This document shows positions 38,517-49,143 of a stretch of 64,000 nucleotides of DNA, in pieces. Both the position numbers and the translations under genes were made by a program. Source of the stretch: an uncultured Aquimarina sp. (lineage in GTDB: Bacteria; Bacteroidota; Bacteroidia; Flavobacteriales; Flavobacteriaceae); assembly GCA_947493495.1 (NCBI GenBank), contig CANLRN010000016.1, positions 1,404 through 65,403 on the forward strand, read 5' to 3'. The notes below the pieces were generated by a model that saw only the letters and a list, made by a program, of their open reading frames with translations, was not told the origin of the DNA and made no database searches. The first letter of the stretch is position 1; each line of letters begins with the position of its first letter.

Positions 38517-41500
38517 TTAACTTACTAACTCTTCAACAACTTCGGTCTTCTTTTTTTCTTTTAACCCTACTTTGCTTACTGTATCATACATTACAGGTGT
38601 TGCAATGAATAAGGATGAATAGGTACCTACTAGCACACCAATAATTAATGAAAACATAAACCCTCTTAATGGTTCTGCAAAAATAAAGATGGCGATCAAT
38701 ACTAGTAATGTAGTTAATGAGGTATTCAACGTACGGCTCAATGTACTATTCAATGCGCCATTAATATTCTTATCTAATGGCCAAGAGGTATGTTCTGCAA
38801 AATACTCTCGTATTCTATCAAACACCACCACGGTATCATTCAATGAATATCCAATTACAGTCAATATCGCTGCTATAAATGCCTGATCGATTTCCATATT
38901 AAATGGCATAAATTTCCATGTCAATGAGAATACACCTAATACTACCAATACATCGTGGAATACTGCCGCCACAGCACCTAAACTAAATTGCCATCTTCTA
39001 AACCTAAATAAGATATATAAGAAGACTACAATTAGAGATCCTATTACAGATATAAACGCTGCTTGCTTAATATCATCTGCAATGGTAGGTCCTACTTTTA
39101 TAGAAGACATAATACCCACTTGCTTATCTTCTGCTCCATCAGAGAATTGTCGATATTCCATCCCCTGAGGAAGATAGGGTTTCAAAGCTTTGAATAATGA
39201 ATTAGAAATCTCAGAATCTACAGCTTCACCAGTTTCATCGATTTTATATTTGGTAGTAATTTTCAATTGATTGTTTGCACCTAGGGTTTTTGCTTGAGCA
39301 CTCCCAAATTCTGCTATCAATACTTTTTCTACATCGGTAGGCACCACATCATTGGCAAAACGTACCGTATATGTTCTACCTCCTACAAAATCAACGCCTT
39401 GATCCAATCCTTGCGTAAACAAAGAGGCAAGACCAGCTACAACAATTACAGCAGAAATCACATATGCAATCTTTCTTTTACCTAAGAAATTAACATTCAT
39501 ATTAGCAAACCAATTTTTGGTTATCGCTGTAGAAAATGCTAGCTCTTTACCATTTTTACCATATCCATCAATAAATAATCTAGTGATAAAAATTGCCGTA
39601 AACAGAGAAGTCAAAATACCAATCAATAAGGTAGTTGCAAATCCTTTGATAGGCCCTGTCCCAAAATAGAAAAGGATTAATCCGGTAAGACCTGTAGTAA
39701 TATTGGCATCTAAGATCGAAGATAATGCATTATTAAATCCATCTTTAATAGCGTCTTTCTGTATTTTGCCTTTGGCTAATTCTTCTTTAATTCTTTCAAA
39801 AATAAGTACGTTGGCATCTACCGACATACCAATCGTTAGTACAATACCAGCAATACCAGGTAAAGTAAGTACTGCTTTTAGTCCTGCTAATACACCAAAA
39901 ATAAATAAGATATTTACTACCAATGCTATATCTGCAAAAACACCTGCTTTTCCGTAATAGAAAACCATCCAAATCAATATCAATGCCAATGCAATTGCAA
40001 ACGACATCGTACCACTATTAATTGCCTCTTGTCCTAATGACGGCCCCACTATTTCACTCTGTATAATATCTGCAGATGCTGGCAATTTACCAGCTCGCAA
40101 TACATTGGCCAAATCTGTTCCTTCTTCTACAGTAAAATCTCCTGATATCTGGCTGTTACCTCCACTTATCGCACCAGTAGTAACTCCAGGAGCAGAATAT
40201 ACAATATCATCTAGTATAATAGCAATTTGACTTCGTTGCGTAAACGCTTTGCCTGTCATTTCTTCCCATTTCTTAGCTCCTTTACCGTCCATCTGCATAG
40301 AGACAACAACCTGATTCAACTGATCATAAGTCTGAGAAGCATCTGTTATTACACCTCCACTTAATTCTGGCACATTATCACGATTTCCTTTAATAGCATA
40401 TAAGTCTAAAATATCAGAATCTTTGGTTTGTTTTCCCCAAGCAAATTTAGCATATCGCAAATCACCTGTTAATAATGATTTTACCTTAGGGTTGTTAAGA
40501 TAGTTATTAAATTCTGCCGTGTCTTTTATCGCTACTCTAGCAATAACAGGACCTCCTTGCCCTCCTTGACCTGCTAATAAATCAAAAATAGGATTTACCT
40601 GATCTTCAACATCTGTAGAATCTTCTGAATCTGCTAGTAATTTTTCAATTTCGGCATCTGCATCAGTGGCTGTAGAATCTACTTGTGTAGAATCGATAAT
40701 TTTATCTACAGATTCTGCTATCTCTATTTTTTCTTTAGTATCTTTTTTCGTCTTTTCTATATCTTCTTTCAATACATTGTTTGCAGAAACTAGCACATTA
40801 AAAACCTCTTCCATCTTAAATACATCCCAGAATTCTAACTGCGCTGTACTCTGTAATAATCTCCTAACACGATCTACATCTTTTGCTCCAGGCAATTCTA
40901 CCAAGATACGTCCAGACTCACCTAGTCGTTGAATGTTTGGTTGTGTAACTCCAAACTTATCAATACGCTTACGTAGTACCTCGAATGCTGAAACAACTGA
41001 TTCATCAATTTTTCTTTTCAGAATTGGCTTGACTACATCATTAGACATATCGAATGTGATATCATCACTTAAATTCTTATTAGCAAAAATATCTGGAGAT
41101 GCCAATTGCGTATCTGGTATCTTTTCAAACTCTGTAAAGAAATCTTCTACATAGGTATTCTGACTATTTTTTTGAGTTTGATCTGTGGCTAGCAAAGCTT
41201 GGTTAAAAGCTGGGTTTTTCGAATAGTTGGCCAGTCCTTTTAATATATCTTTTACAGAAATTTGGAGTATTACATTAATACCTCCTTCAAGGTCAAGTCC
41301 TTTATTCAATTCTTTGCTTTTAGCATCATTATAGCTATAATTGGCAAAAATTGGTTCTTTGCCAATAGAATCTAAATAGCTACGTTGAGCTGTTTCTCTT
41401 AGATTCGAATAATCAGCTACAGTTTCTGGATATTTATTGATCGCATATCCTTCTGCTTCTTTTTCTTTTGTGTATGTTAAGTATGTAAACGATAGTTGGT

Positions 41501-41558
41501 ATACACATACCAATCCAAATAAGATCGCAAACATCCTAACAAGTCCTTTATTTTGCAT
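38517..41558 (-). CDS. secDF: Protein translocase subunit SecDF (fused)
   Basis: GLDLEGG, RILVELPGA, VGPSLG, LTLPGIAGIVLTIGMSVDANVLIFERIKEE and GYSLNDTVVVFDRIRE motifs. Confidence 0.97.
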   Translation of the reverse strand: MQNKGLVRMFAILFGLVCVYQLSFTYLTYTKEKEAEGYAINKYPETVADYSNLRETAQRSYLDSIGKEPIFANYSYNDAKSKELNKGLDLEGGINVILQISVKDILKGLANYSKNPAFNQALLATDQTQKNSQNTYVEDFFTEFEKIPDTQLASPDIFANKNLSDDITFDMSNDVVKPILKRKIDESVVSAFEVLRKRIDKFGVTQPNIQRLGESGRILVELPGAKDVDRVRRLLQSTAQLEFWDVFKMEEVFNVLVSANNVLKEDIEKTKKDTKEKIEIAESVDKIIDSTQVDSTATDADAEIEKLLADSEDSTDVEDQVNPIFDLLAGQGGQGGPVIARVAIKDTAEFNNYLNNPKVKSLLTGDLRYAKFAWGKQTKDSDILDLYAIKGNRDNVPELSGGVITDASQTYDQLNQVVVSMQMDGKGAKKWEEMTGKAFTQRSQIAIILDDIVYSAPGVTTGAISGGNSQISGDFTVEEGTDLANVLRAGKLPASADIIQSEIVGPSLGQEAINSGTMSFAIALALILIWMVFYYGKAGVFADIALVVNILFIFGVLAGLKAVLTLPGIAGIVLTIGMSVDANVLIFERIKEELAKGKIQKDAIKDGFNNALSSILDANITTGLTGLILFYFGTGPIKGFATTLLIGILTSLFTAIFITRLFIDGYGKNGKELAFSTAITKNWFANMNVNFLGKRKIAYVISAVIVVAGLASLFTQGLDQGVDFVGGRTYTVRFANDVVPTDVEKVLIAEFGSAQAKTLGANNQLKITTKYKIDETGEAVDSEISNSLFKALKPYLPQGMEYRQFSDGAEDKQVGIMSSIKVGPTIADDIKQAAFISVIGSLIVVFLYILFRFRRWQFSLGAVAAVFHDVLVVLGVFSLTWKFMPFNMEIDQAFIAAILTVIGYSLNDTVVVFDRIREYFAEHTSWPLDKNINGALNSTLSRTLNTSLTTLLVLIAIFIFAEPLRGFMFSLIIGVLVGTYSSLFIATPVMYDTVSKVGLKEKKKTEVVEELVS

Positions 41559-41763
41559 TATTTGTTGATTTTAGTCAAACCTGCAACCTATAAATATTTC
41601 TATTATATAGTAATGATCTGACAATTGTTGTTAATTAATTTTATTATTGTGTAAACAAGCTTGATCACAGTATTTAGACTGATAAGCTTGATCAAAAAGT
41701 TGATAGTCATACTAAATTAGTATTCTTTATAACCTTAAAAAATAGAGTTTTAGGAATTCCTAA

Positions 41764-42390
41764 TTAAGAAATGGGACCAGCTCTGATTTCTGGAACATCA
41801 TATGAAGTAACACCTATTGCAACAGCAATGGTTGTTCGTATTTTCTGGGTGATTTTTATATTAGTATTGATCCCCTCGTAGCCACCAATTATAGCGAAAA
41901 CATTATGGGAATCATCACCCGTATATTTCTTTTGTTCTTGTTTTACTTCTAAAACTTGTGCTCTAGAGTAATCAATATCAAAATTCGTGCTTTTTTGAAT
42001 CTCATGTACATCAAAACTATAGTCTTTAGGATCTTCATCTAAAGGCAATTTTTCTGTCTCTCCTTCATCGCCAGTATAATAAATATGTCCTAATGTTACA
42101 TTTTGATCCTTAGAAAGGATTCTTTTGATAAGTGCTACATCCGCGTCACTATAATAGGAGATCTTTAGTTTCCCCTTTTTTAGTTCTTTAGATATTCTAG
42201 TATGCTGTACACCTATAGATTGTAACTGTTTCGTTACATCTGATATGGCGTTTTGAACCTCTGTAGCGCTTACCTCACTGCTAGTAAATTCTAATACAAT
42301 TTCTTGGTTAGGCACAACGGATTGCTGCTGCACAATAACAAGTAATGCTAGTGCAGATAGTAAAGTCCCGAAGTACCATTTTTTCTTCAT
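41764..42390 (-). CDS. Hypothetical membrane-anchored protein upstream of secDF
   Basis: 208-aa ORF with N-terminal TM; TATATTTG -7 element at 42395-42402 (minus strand) just upstream. Confidence 0.7.
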   Translation of the reverse strand: MKKKWYFGTLLSALALLVIVQQQSVVPNQEIVLEFTSSEVSATEVQNAISDVTKQLQSIGVQHTRISKELKKGKLKISYYSDADVALIKRILSKDQNVTLGHIYYTGDEGETEKLPLDEDPKDYSFDVHEIQKSTNFDIDYSRAQVLEVKQEQKKYTGDDSHNVFAIIGGYEGINTNIKITQKIRTTIAVAIGVTSYDVPEIRAGPIS

Positions 42391-42526
42391 TTGGCAAATA
42401 TAAAAAAATTAAAACTGCATTACTAAAGTCTCTACATAAATATCTTTTTTATCTAAAAAAATTATTTTTACTTGTGATCGTATCCATATGATACTATATT
42501 AATATAGTTTACATTCATCAAACGAC

Positions 42527-43327
42527 ATGACTAAAGATATCAAGCAATATTTCAAAACAAATGCTACTACTTGGAATAAAAAAGTAGAGATACACGCTGC
42601 TAGTAGTTTTTACGATCTAAATGGGTTTAAAAAAGGAGCTTCTTCTCTCAATCAATATGAACTTGAGGCCTTAGGAGATGTAACTGGCAAAACATTATTA
42701 CATCTACAGTGCCATTTTGGGATGGACACACTAAGCTGGAGTAGAATGGGCGCAAAGTGTACGGGAGTCGATCTGTCTGATCAAGGGATTAAATTAGCAA
42801 AACAATTAAATACAGAATTACAATTAGATGCTTCATTTACCTGCTGCAATGTATTGGATACCGCTATTTACATAAAAGATACATTTGATATTATATATAC
42901 CAGTTATGGAGTTATTGGTTGGTTACCCGATCTAAAGCCTTGGGGCAGAATGATTGCAGAACGACTTAAAAAAGGAGGCGTATTCTACATAATTGAATTT
43001 CATCCTATTGCATGGATGTTTGACTATCAAAAAGAAAAACCAAGTATTACATATGGATATTCTCAAAAAGAAGTGATTTATGAAGAGTATAAAGGCACCT
43101 ATGCGGATACAAATGCGGATATGATCAGCAAAGAATATGGTTGGAATCACGGATTAGGAGAAGTAGTATCTTCATTGTCTGAAGCTGGTTTAACTATCGA
43201 ATACCTGAGAGAGTATGATGCATCACCATATAATATATTTCCTAAGATGATTAAAAACAAACAAGGAATGTATGAGCGTATTAACAAATTATACCCATTA
43301 TTATTTGCCATTAAGGCTTTTAAGTAA
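42527..43327 (+). CDS. Class I SAM-dependent methyltransferase
   Basis: LLHLQCHFGMDTLS..RMGA..TGVDLS motif I variant; FDIIYTSYGVIGWLPDL. Confidence 0.88.
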   Translation: MTKDIKQYFKTNATTWNKKVEIHAASSFYDLNGFKKGASSLNQYELEALGDVTGKTLLHLQCHFGMDTLSWSRMGAKCTGVDLSDQGIKLAKQLNTELQLDASFTCCNVLDTAIYIKDTFDIIYTSYGVIGWLPDLKPWGRMIAERLKKGGVFYIIEFHPIAWMFDYQKEKPSITYGYSQKEVIYEEYKGTYADTNADMISKEYGWNHGLGEVVSSLSEAGLTIEYLREYDASPYNIFPKMIKNKQGMYERINKLYPLLFAIKAFK

Positions 43328-43430
43328 CAATTCATTGATAATTTTTTTACATTTGTTGAAGGTTTTAATGTTTGCATAAGCTCTAAAACACAGAGCTAGT
43401 TTGTCTAGAACATTAAGACTCGGGTTTTTT

Positions 43431-43601
43431 AACTCGTATCATGCATTAGAACTTCGTTATGAAGGTTGAAACTACAATAAAATATGACAATTTATTAATT
43501 TCATCATAGTATCATTATGGTTAAATTAAAAATTGTAGTAAAACACCATATCTTGAAGAAGTTTCAAGATGTAATAGATTTTCTAATGCATAATTCGGGT
43601 T
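43431..43601. repeat. 171-bp palindromic element, family I, full-length copy
   Basis: TIR AACTCGTATCATGCATTAGAA / TTCTAATGCATAATTCGGGTT. Shares AAGATGTAATAGATTT (43566-43581), TTCGTTA and TACAATAAA with the reverse complement of 2631-2801. Same 171-bp length. Confidence 0.75.
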
Positions 43602-43645
43602 TAAAATCCTTTAAATCTTTAGGCAGACTGGAATCATAAAAATAT

Positions 43646-44998
43646 ATGCAAACAAAAAATATTGCCATTGTAGGGAGTGGATTAGCAGGTTCATTATTAG
43701 CTATTTATCTAAAAAAAAGAAAGCACCAGGTTACGGTATTTGACAGAAGGCCTGACATTAGAAAAATACAATTCAGTGGTCGCTCTATTAATCTAGCCAT
43801 GTCTGTTCGTGGATGGAACGCATTGGACAGAGTTGGTATTGGTAAAGAAATTCGAAAACTGGCTATTCCAATGCATAAACGAACTATGCATATAAATAAT
43901 AAGCCCGAATATCATCAATATTATGGAAAAGAAGGAGAGGCGATATATTCGATTTCTAGAGGTGTTCTAAACCGTAAGATGATCACATTAGCTGAAGAAG
44001 CTGGAGTAGTGTTTCGGTTTAATGAAAAAGTATGGGATGTAAATTTACCCGAAGCTAAAATATATACTGGAGAAACCGAAAAAGGAATCTGGAAAGAATA
44101 TCAATATGATATGATCTTTGGGTGTGATGGAGCATTTTCTAGAATCCGTCATAAAATGCAGCGAAGAAGTAGATTTGATTATTCTCAGGATTTTCTAGAT
44201 GCTGGTTATAAAGAATTGAACATCCCTGCAAATGCAGATGGAACTCATAAACTAGATAAAAACTCACTACATATATGGCCCAGAGGGAAATTTATGCTGA
44301 TTGCATTGCCCAACCTAGACGGTAGTTTTACGTGCACACTATTTATGCCTCATGAGGGTGAAAATTCTTTTGAGAACCTAACAAATGATGTAGAGGTAAC
44401 TACATTTTGGGAACAACATTTTCCTGATACTATTACTTTAATGCCAAGTCTACTTCAGGATTTTAGAGACAATCCAACCAGCGCTTTGGTTACTATGAAG
44501 TGTTATCCCTGGACCTATTGGGATAAGGTTGCTTTAGTTGGAGATTCTGCCCACGCCATTGTTCCTTTTTATGGTCAGGGAATCAATGCGGGTTTCGAAG
44601 ATATTTCTGTACTAGATGATATTATAGAAAACTATCAAGGTGATGATTGGCAAGAAATTTTTAAAACTTATCAAGAAAAAAGAAAACCTAATACCGATGC
44701 TATTGCAGAACTGTCTTATCGTAATTTTATAGAGATGAGTAGCAAAACAGCAAATCCCGAATTTCTATTACGAAAAAAAATCGAAAAGCATTTTTCAGAA
44801 AAATATTCTGGCAAATGGATTCCTTTGTATACTAGGGTTACTTTTACACAACGACCTTATGCAGAAGCCTTAGAGTTAGGGAATCAACAGGCTGCTATTA
44901 TGGATAAAATCATGCAATTGGATGGTATAGAAAATATTTGGGATAGTGAGGTTGTAGAAAAAATGCTATTAGATTTTTTTAAACCTCAGACAGTATAA
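43646..44998 (+). CDS. kmo: Kynurenine 3-monooxygenase (FAD-dependent)
   Basis: GSGLAG dinucleotide fold, GRSINLAMSVRG, HIWPRG.FMLIALPN.DGSFT and GDSAHAIVPFYGQG.NAGFED motifs. Confidence 0.88.
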   Translation: MQTKNIAIVGSGLAGSLLAIYLKKRKHQVTVFDRRPDIRKIQFSGRSINLAMSVRGWNALDRVGIGKEIRKLAIPMHKRTMHINNKPEYHQYYGKEGEAIYSISRGVLNRKMITLAEEAGVVFRFNEKVWDVNLPEAKIYTGETEKGIWKEYQYDMIFGCDGAFSRIRHKMQRRSRFDYSQDFLDAGYKELNIPANADGTHKLDKNSLHIWPRGKFMLIALPNLDGSFTCTLFMPHEGENSFENLTNDVEVTTFWEQHFPDTITLMPSLLQDFRDNPTSALVTMKCYPWTYWDKVALVGDSAHAIVPFYGQGINAGFEDISVLDDIIENYQGDDWQEIFKTYQEKRKPNTDAIAELSYRNFIEMSSKTANPEFLLRKKIEKHFSEKYSGKWIPLYTRVTFTQRPYAEALELGNQQAAIMDKIMQLDGIENIWDSEVVEKMLLDFFKPQTV

Positions 44999-45020
44999 TG
45001 ATTCTCTGATTTTTTAACAA

Positions 45021-46385
45021 CTATCCAATAAGCTTCTTCAGCCATTTTAATTTACCAGCAGTATAAGGAGCATATTTTAGATCCAATTCTATCAGAAAAG
45101 ATTTCTGTAATATGCTTTTGTAATGCGAAAAAGTTTCGAATCCTGCTTTGCCGTGATAAGACCCCATACCACTATCCCCTACTCCTCCGAAGGGTAAGTT
45201 TTTTTCCATAAAATACATCACTGCGTCATTTACCGCTCCACCTCCAAAAGATAGCTCATTTAACATCTTGTTTTTAAGTGTTTTATTAGTAGTAAAAATA
45301 TAACAAGACAATGGTTTAGATAATTTTTTTACTATTGTAATTGCATCTCCAATACTATCAAAAGCAAGTACAGGAAGAATGGGCCCAAAAATTTCTTCTT
45401 GCATCACTTTATCACTTAGTGATACCTCTGTAAGGACAGTAGGGTTAATTATTCTATCTTGCGCTGTGCTCTCTCCACCATAATATACTTTTGCAGGATC
45501 TATTAATTCTAGTAATCTATTAAAATTTCGTTGGTTAATGATCTGGGTATAATTATGATTCTCTATTTTATAAGCTGCTTTTTGTATATATTTTTGTACA
45601 GCCTCAAGCAATTGATTATGTATCGATGAGGCAACAAGAATGTAATCTGGCGCAATACAGGTTTGCCCTGCATTAAGAAACTTAGCCCAAACTAATCGCT
45701 TAGCTGTCATATCAATATGTACATCTTCTGTAATGATCGCAGGGCTTTTGCCACCTAATTCTAATGTTACTGGCGTCAGATGTTTGGCAGCAGCCTGATA
45801 TACAATTTTACCAACTGATGTACTGCCGGTAAAAAATATTTTATCGAATTTATTTTTCAATAATGCTGTTGTTTCTTGTACTGCTCCTTCAATGACTTTA
45901 AAAAATTGTGGATCAAAATTCTGATTGATCAATTGTGCCATAGCGTTGGATGTATGTATAGGAATTTCACTTGGTTTCAAGATTACAGTGCATCCTGCAG
46001 CAATGGCAGCGATTGCAGGAACCAATGATAATTGGTATGGATAATTCCACGCTCCTATTACTAATATTGTGCCATAAGGTTCTGGGATTACATAACTACT
46101 TGCCGGAAGGTTTGCTACACCTGTAGCTACCTTTTTTTTCTTAATCCATTTTTTAACTTTCTTTACAGCTAGATCAATTTCCTGATAAATAATAGCTAGT
46201 TCTGTAGTATAAGTTTCATACTCTGATTTTTTAAAATCCTTATAAATAGCATCAAAGAGTAGAGATTCATTTTCTTGTAAAACATGCTTTAAGCGTTTAA
46301 GTTCCTTGACTCTAAAAGAGATATCTTTGGTCGTATTTGTATCAAAAAAAGTTCTTTGCGCCTTTATAATTTCCTGATAATCCAT
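45021..46385 (-). CDS. Aldehyde dehydrogenase (ALDH3-like)
   Basis: WNYP, LKPSE, FTGSTSVGK, TLELGGKSP, NAGQTCIAPD (catalytic Cys), EEIFGP and PFGGVGDSGMG motifs. Confidence 0.95.
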   Translation of the reverse strand: MDYQEIIKAQRTFFDTNTTKDISFRVKELKRLKHVLQENESLLFDAIYKDFKKSEYETYTTELAIIYQEIDLAVKKVKKWIKKKKVATGVANLPASSYVIPEPYGTILVIGAWNYPYQLSLVPAIAAIAAGCTVILKPSEIPIHTSNAMAQLINQNFDPQFFKVIEGAVQETTALLKNKFDKIFFTGSTSVGKIVYQAAAKHLTPVTLELGGKSPAIITEDVHIDMTAKRLVWAKFLNAGQTCIAPDYILVASSIHNQLLEAVQKYIQKAAYKIENHNYTQIINQRNFNRLLELIDPAKVYYGGESTAQDRIINPTVLTEVSLSDKVMQEEIFGPILPVLAFDSIGDAITIVKKLSKPLSCYIFTTNKTLKNKMLNELSFGGGAVNDAVMYFMEKNLPFGGVGDSGMGSYHGKAGFETFSHYKSILQKSFLIELDLKYAPYTAGKLKWLKKLIG

Positions 46386-46661
46386 AAGTAGAATTACTTA
46401 AACATTTAAATTATACATCATTCTCGTTTTAGCAATAATTTACAAAAAAAGAAATAGAATCTATTAAACTACTTGAGGCAGAGCCATCATGGTATCAGAA
46501 TCAATACTGCTGTACTAAAAGAACCAAGACCTTTTGTTTAGACTCTAGACTCATAATCCCTGGCGCAGTCGATAACTATAAGTAACACCTAAGGCAGAAC
46601 TTAGGGAGAATTCTATAGATTAAACTACTTCTATCTCTATCCAGGACTTTTGGAAATCATA

Positions 46662-47603
46662 TTAATCAACCTTTAAGGTTGCCATTTTTTTTAGTTCTAA
46701 TTCTTTTTGCATTTGTTTTACGGTAAGTGTGCTACCGTCATGACTCCATCCAGGAGGTCCGAATATGTACATGAATTTATGATACCAGTTTTTGGATTTT
46801 TTAGTATCATTCCAGATATCTTTATACTCATGCGTTAATATAACCCACGGATTATAAGAGTCAGGTGCATGTGTTACACCATATTGTACCTCAATATCAT
46901 CATCTAATTCTTTCCAAGTACCAAATATTTTATCAAAAATGTTAAGGAATCCTCCATGATTTTTATCCATATACTCTACATTTTTGGCGTGATGTACCTG
47001 ATGCATCGTATGGGTATTAAATATTTTTTCGATAATTCCCATTTTAGGGATATACACAGAATGTAACTGAAACTGCCATAAAGCTTCTATACCCAAACAT
47101 ACAATCACCATATTAGGATCAAAACCGATAGCTGGCATCCACATATAAAAAAAAGGTTTATATAATAAAGTAAACCAACCATTACGAACAGCAGTTCCTA
47201 GATTAAAATTATCAGAAGAATGGTGGACTATATGTGCCGCCCACAAGGCCCTCACCATATGGTTCTGCCTATGAAACCAATAATATGTATAATCATCTGC
47301 TAATTGACAAAGTAGCCAGACATACCAAGCAAATCCAAAAGATTGCCATCCCATAATATTGGTTCTTACACCATCAATTTCTGGGTTAAATACATTATAA
47401 ACATAATGAAAAAGAATAATTGAAAAAACTGTTTTGATCAAAGGGCCTAATATTGCAGACCCAACGCCCATAGTGACACTGGCTCTTAAGTCTTTCCAAT
47501 TATACAGATCTTCGTGTCCGTGTGTTTTACTATACGTTAACTCAACAAGTATGAGTGCTAAAAAACACGGCACTCCATACGTCAGGGGCTGAATAAATTC
47601 CAT
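46662..47603 (-). CDS. Sterol desaturase/fatty-acid hydroxylase superfamily (alkylglycerol monooxygenase-like)
   Basis: His boxes YYWFHRQNH, HIVHHSS, QLH and HQVHH; TM segments. Confidence 0.85.
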   Translation of the reverse strand: MEFIQPLTYGVPCFLALILVELTYSKTHGHEDLYNWKDLRASVTMGVGSAILGPLIKTVFSIILFHYVYNVFNPEIDGVRTNIMGWQSFGFAWYVWLLCQLADDYTYYWFHRQNHMVRALWAAHIVHHSSDNFNLGTAVRNGWFTLLYKPFFYMWMPAIGFDPNMVIVCLGIEALWQFQLHSVYIPKMGIIEKIFNTHTMHQVHHAKNVEYMDKNHGGFLNIFDKIFGTWKELDDDIEVQYGVTHAPDSYNPWVILTHEYKDIWNDTKKSKNWYHKFMYIFGPPGWSHDGSTLTVKQMQKELELKKMATLKVD

Positions 47604-47805
47604 TACTATTTTGTTCTAATCTAAATTGAGGCAGAATATAATAAGAATTTGCTGTAAAATGCAGCTATTTTGCCTATTAATATTTTTAAAATATACTTTT
47701 TAACGCTTGTTTATCCAAAAAAGTCTTGTTCTCATAAAATATATTCTTCATTTGTTAAAATCCATACTTCTTTACTTCTTTTTAGAATTCATTTAAGTTT
47801 TTTAA

Positions 47806-48231
47806 TTAGTTGGCAAAAATCTGAGAAGGGTCTTTAAAAGATTTAAATTCCAACGCATTACCACAGGGGTCATAAAAAAACAGAGTAGCTTGTTCTCCAA
47901 CCTCTCCTCTAAATCTTATATGAGGTTCTATTACAAATTGAATATTTTTATCTGATAGCATATTTGCAAAATTATGCCAGATATCCCATTCTAGAATAAT
48001 ACCAAAATGAGGAACAGGCACTTCTTTTCCATCAACACTATTATGGTGATTTTTTTCTATCTCTGATTTGGGTTTATAGTGAATCACTAGTTGATGACCA
48101 AAAAAATTAAAATCTACCCATTGATCACTACTACGCCCTTCGCTAAGCGCTAACGTATTTTTATAAAAATCTCGTGCTAATGCTAGATTATCTACAGGAA
48201 TTGCTAAATGAAATGGCGATAGCGTATTCAT
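47806..48231 (-). CDS. VOC/glyoxalase family protein
   Basis: [29 protein letters not shown] and [12 protein letters not shown] motifs. Confidence 0.9.
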   Translation of the reverse strand: MNTLSPFHLAIPVDNLALARDFYKNTLALSEGRSSDQWVDFNFFGHQLVIHYKPKSEIEKNHHNSVDGKEVPVPHFGIILEWDIWHNFANMLSDKNIQFVIEPHIRFRGEVGEQATLFFYDPCGNALEFKSFKDPSQIFAN

Positions 48232-48252
48232 ACTTACTAATTTTATGATGTA

Positions 48253-49122
48253 TTAATTTCTTCTATCTTTTCTTTTTCGATCTTTTGATCTAGAACTATT
48301 TTTTTTGAAGTTGTTTTTCTTATCGTTTTTTTCTTTAGTAAAAGATTTCGAATTATGAACGTGTCTACTGGACTTTCGATTGTTCTCAACTGATGCTTCT
48401 TCAGTTTTTATAGAATCTCCAGTATCTACATTAATAATACCTAGTTCTTTATCAGTAAGGTAACGCCATTCTCCTACAGGTATATCGAGCATAATATTCA
48501 TGATACGAATTCGCTTTAGGTGCATTACTTGATAGCCTAGATATTCACACATTCTTCTGATCTGACGGTTTAACCCTTGGGTAAGTATTATTCTAAAATC
48601 GTATTTGTTAATCTGTTCTACTTCACATTTACGAGTTACAGTATCTAGGATAGGTATACCATTACCCATTCTTTTAATAAACAGGGGACTAATTAATTTA
48701 TTCACTGTAACTATATATTCTTTTTCGTGATTGTTTCTGGCTCTAAGTATCTTATTAACAATATCACCATCACTAGTAAGGAGTATTAGTCCTTCACTAG
48801 GTTTATCTAATCGACCGATAGGAAAAATTCGTTTTGGGTAATTAATATAATCTATAATATTATCCTTTTCATTCTGAGCTGTCGTACATACAATACCAAC
48901 CGGTTTATGAAAGGCAAGATACACATGATCTTCTTTAGGTGTATTAACAATTTCTCCATCAACTTTTACTTCATCTCCAGGAGCTACTTTAGTACCCATC
49001 TCTGGGACTTTATTATTTATAGTTACCCTTTCTTGATCAATCAACTTATCTGCTTCTCTTCTGGAACAATATCCTACTTCACTAAGATATTTATTAAGTC
49101 TGGTTAGGTTAGAATTTTTCAC
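48253..49122 (-). CDS. rluF: 23S rRNA pseudouridine(2604) synthase (RsuA/RluF family)
   Basis: S4 domain [30 protein letters not shown] (catalytic Asp), [13 protein letters not shown]. Probable GTG start at 49122. Confidence 0.9.
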   Translation of the reverse strand: MKNSNLTRLNKYLSEVGYCSRREADKLIDQERVTINNKVPEMGTKVAPGDEVKVDGEIVNTPKEDHVYLAFHKPVGIVCTTAQNEKDNIIDYINYPKRIFPIGRLDKPSEGLILLTSDGDIVNKILRARNNHEKEYIVTVNKLISPLFIKRMGNGIPILDTVTRKCEVEQINKYDFRIILTQGLNRQIRRMCEYLGYQVMHLKRIRIMNIMLDIPVGEWRYLTDKELGIINVDTGDSIKTEEASVENNRKSSRHVHNSKSFTKEKNDKKNNFKKNSSRSKDRKRKDRRN

Positions 49123-49143
49123 ATGCAAAGGTGATTATAAAAT

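Noticed and set aside
41657-41694. Direct repeat AAGCTTGATCA x2 upstream of secDF
   Set aside because: Only 11 bp, seen at a single locus, and no candidate regulator; could be chance.
46461-46630. GAGGCAGAG-like motifs and a 12-bp direct repeat ATTAAACTACTT
   Set aside because: Too short and degenerate to define an element by eye in AT-rich DNA; may be remnants of another REP-like family.
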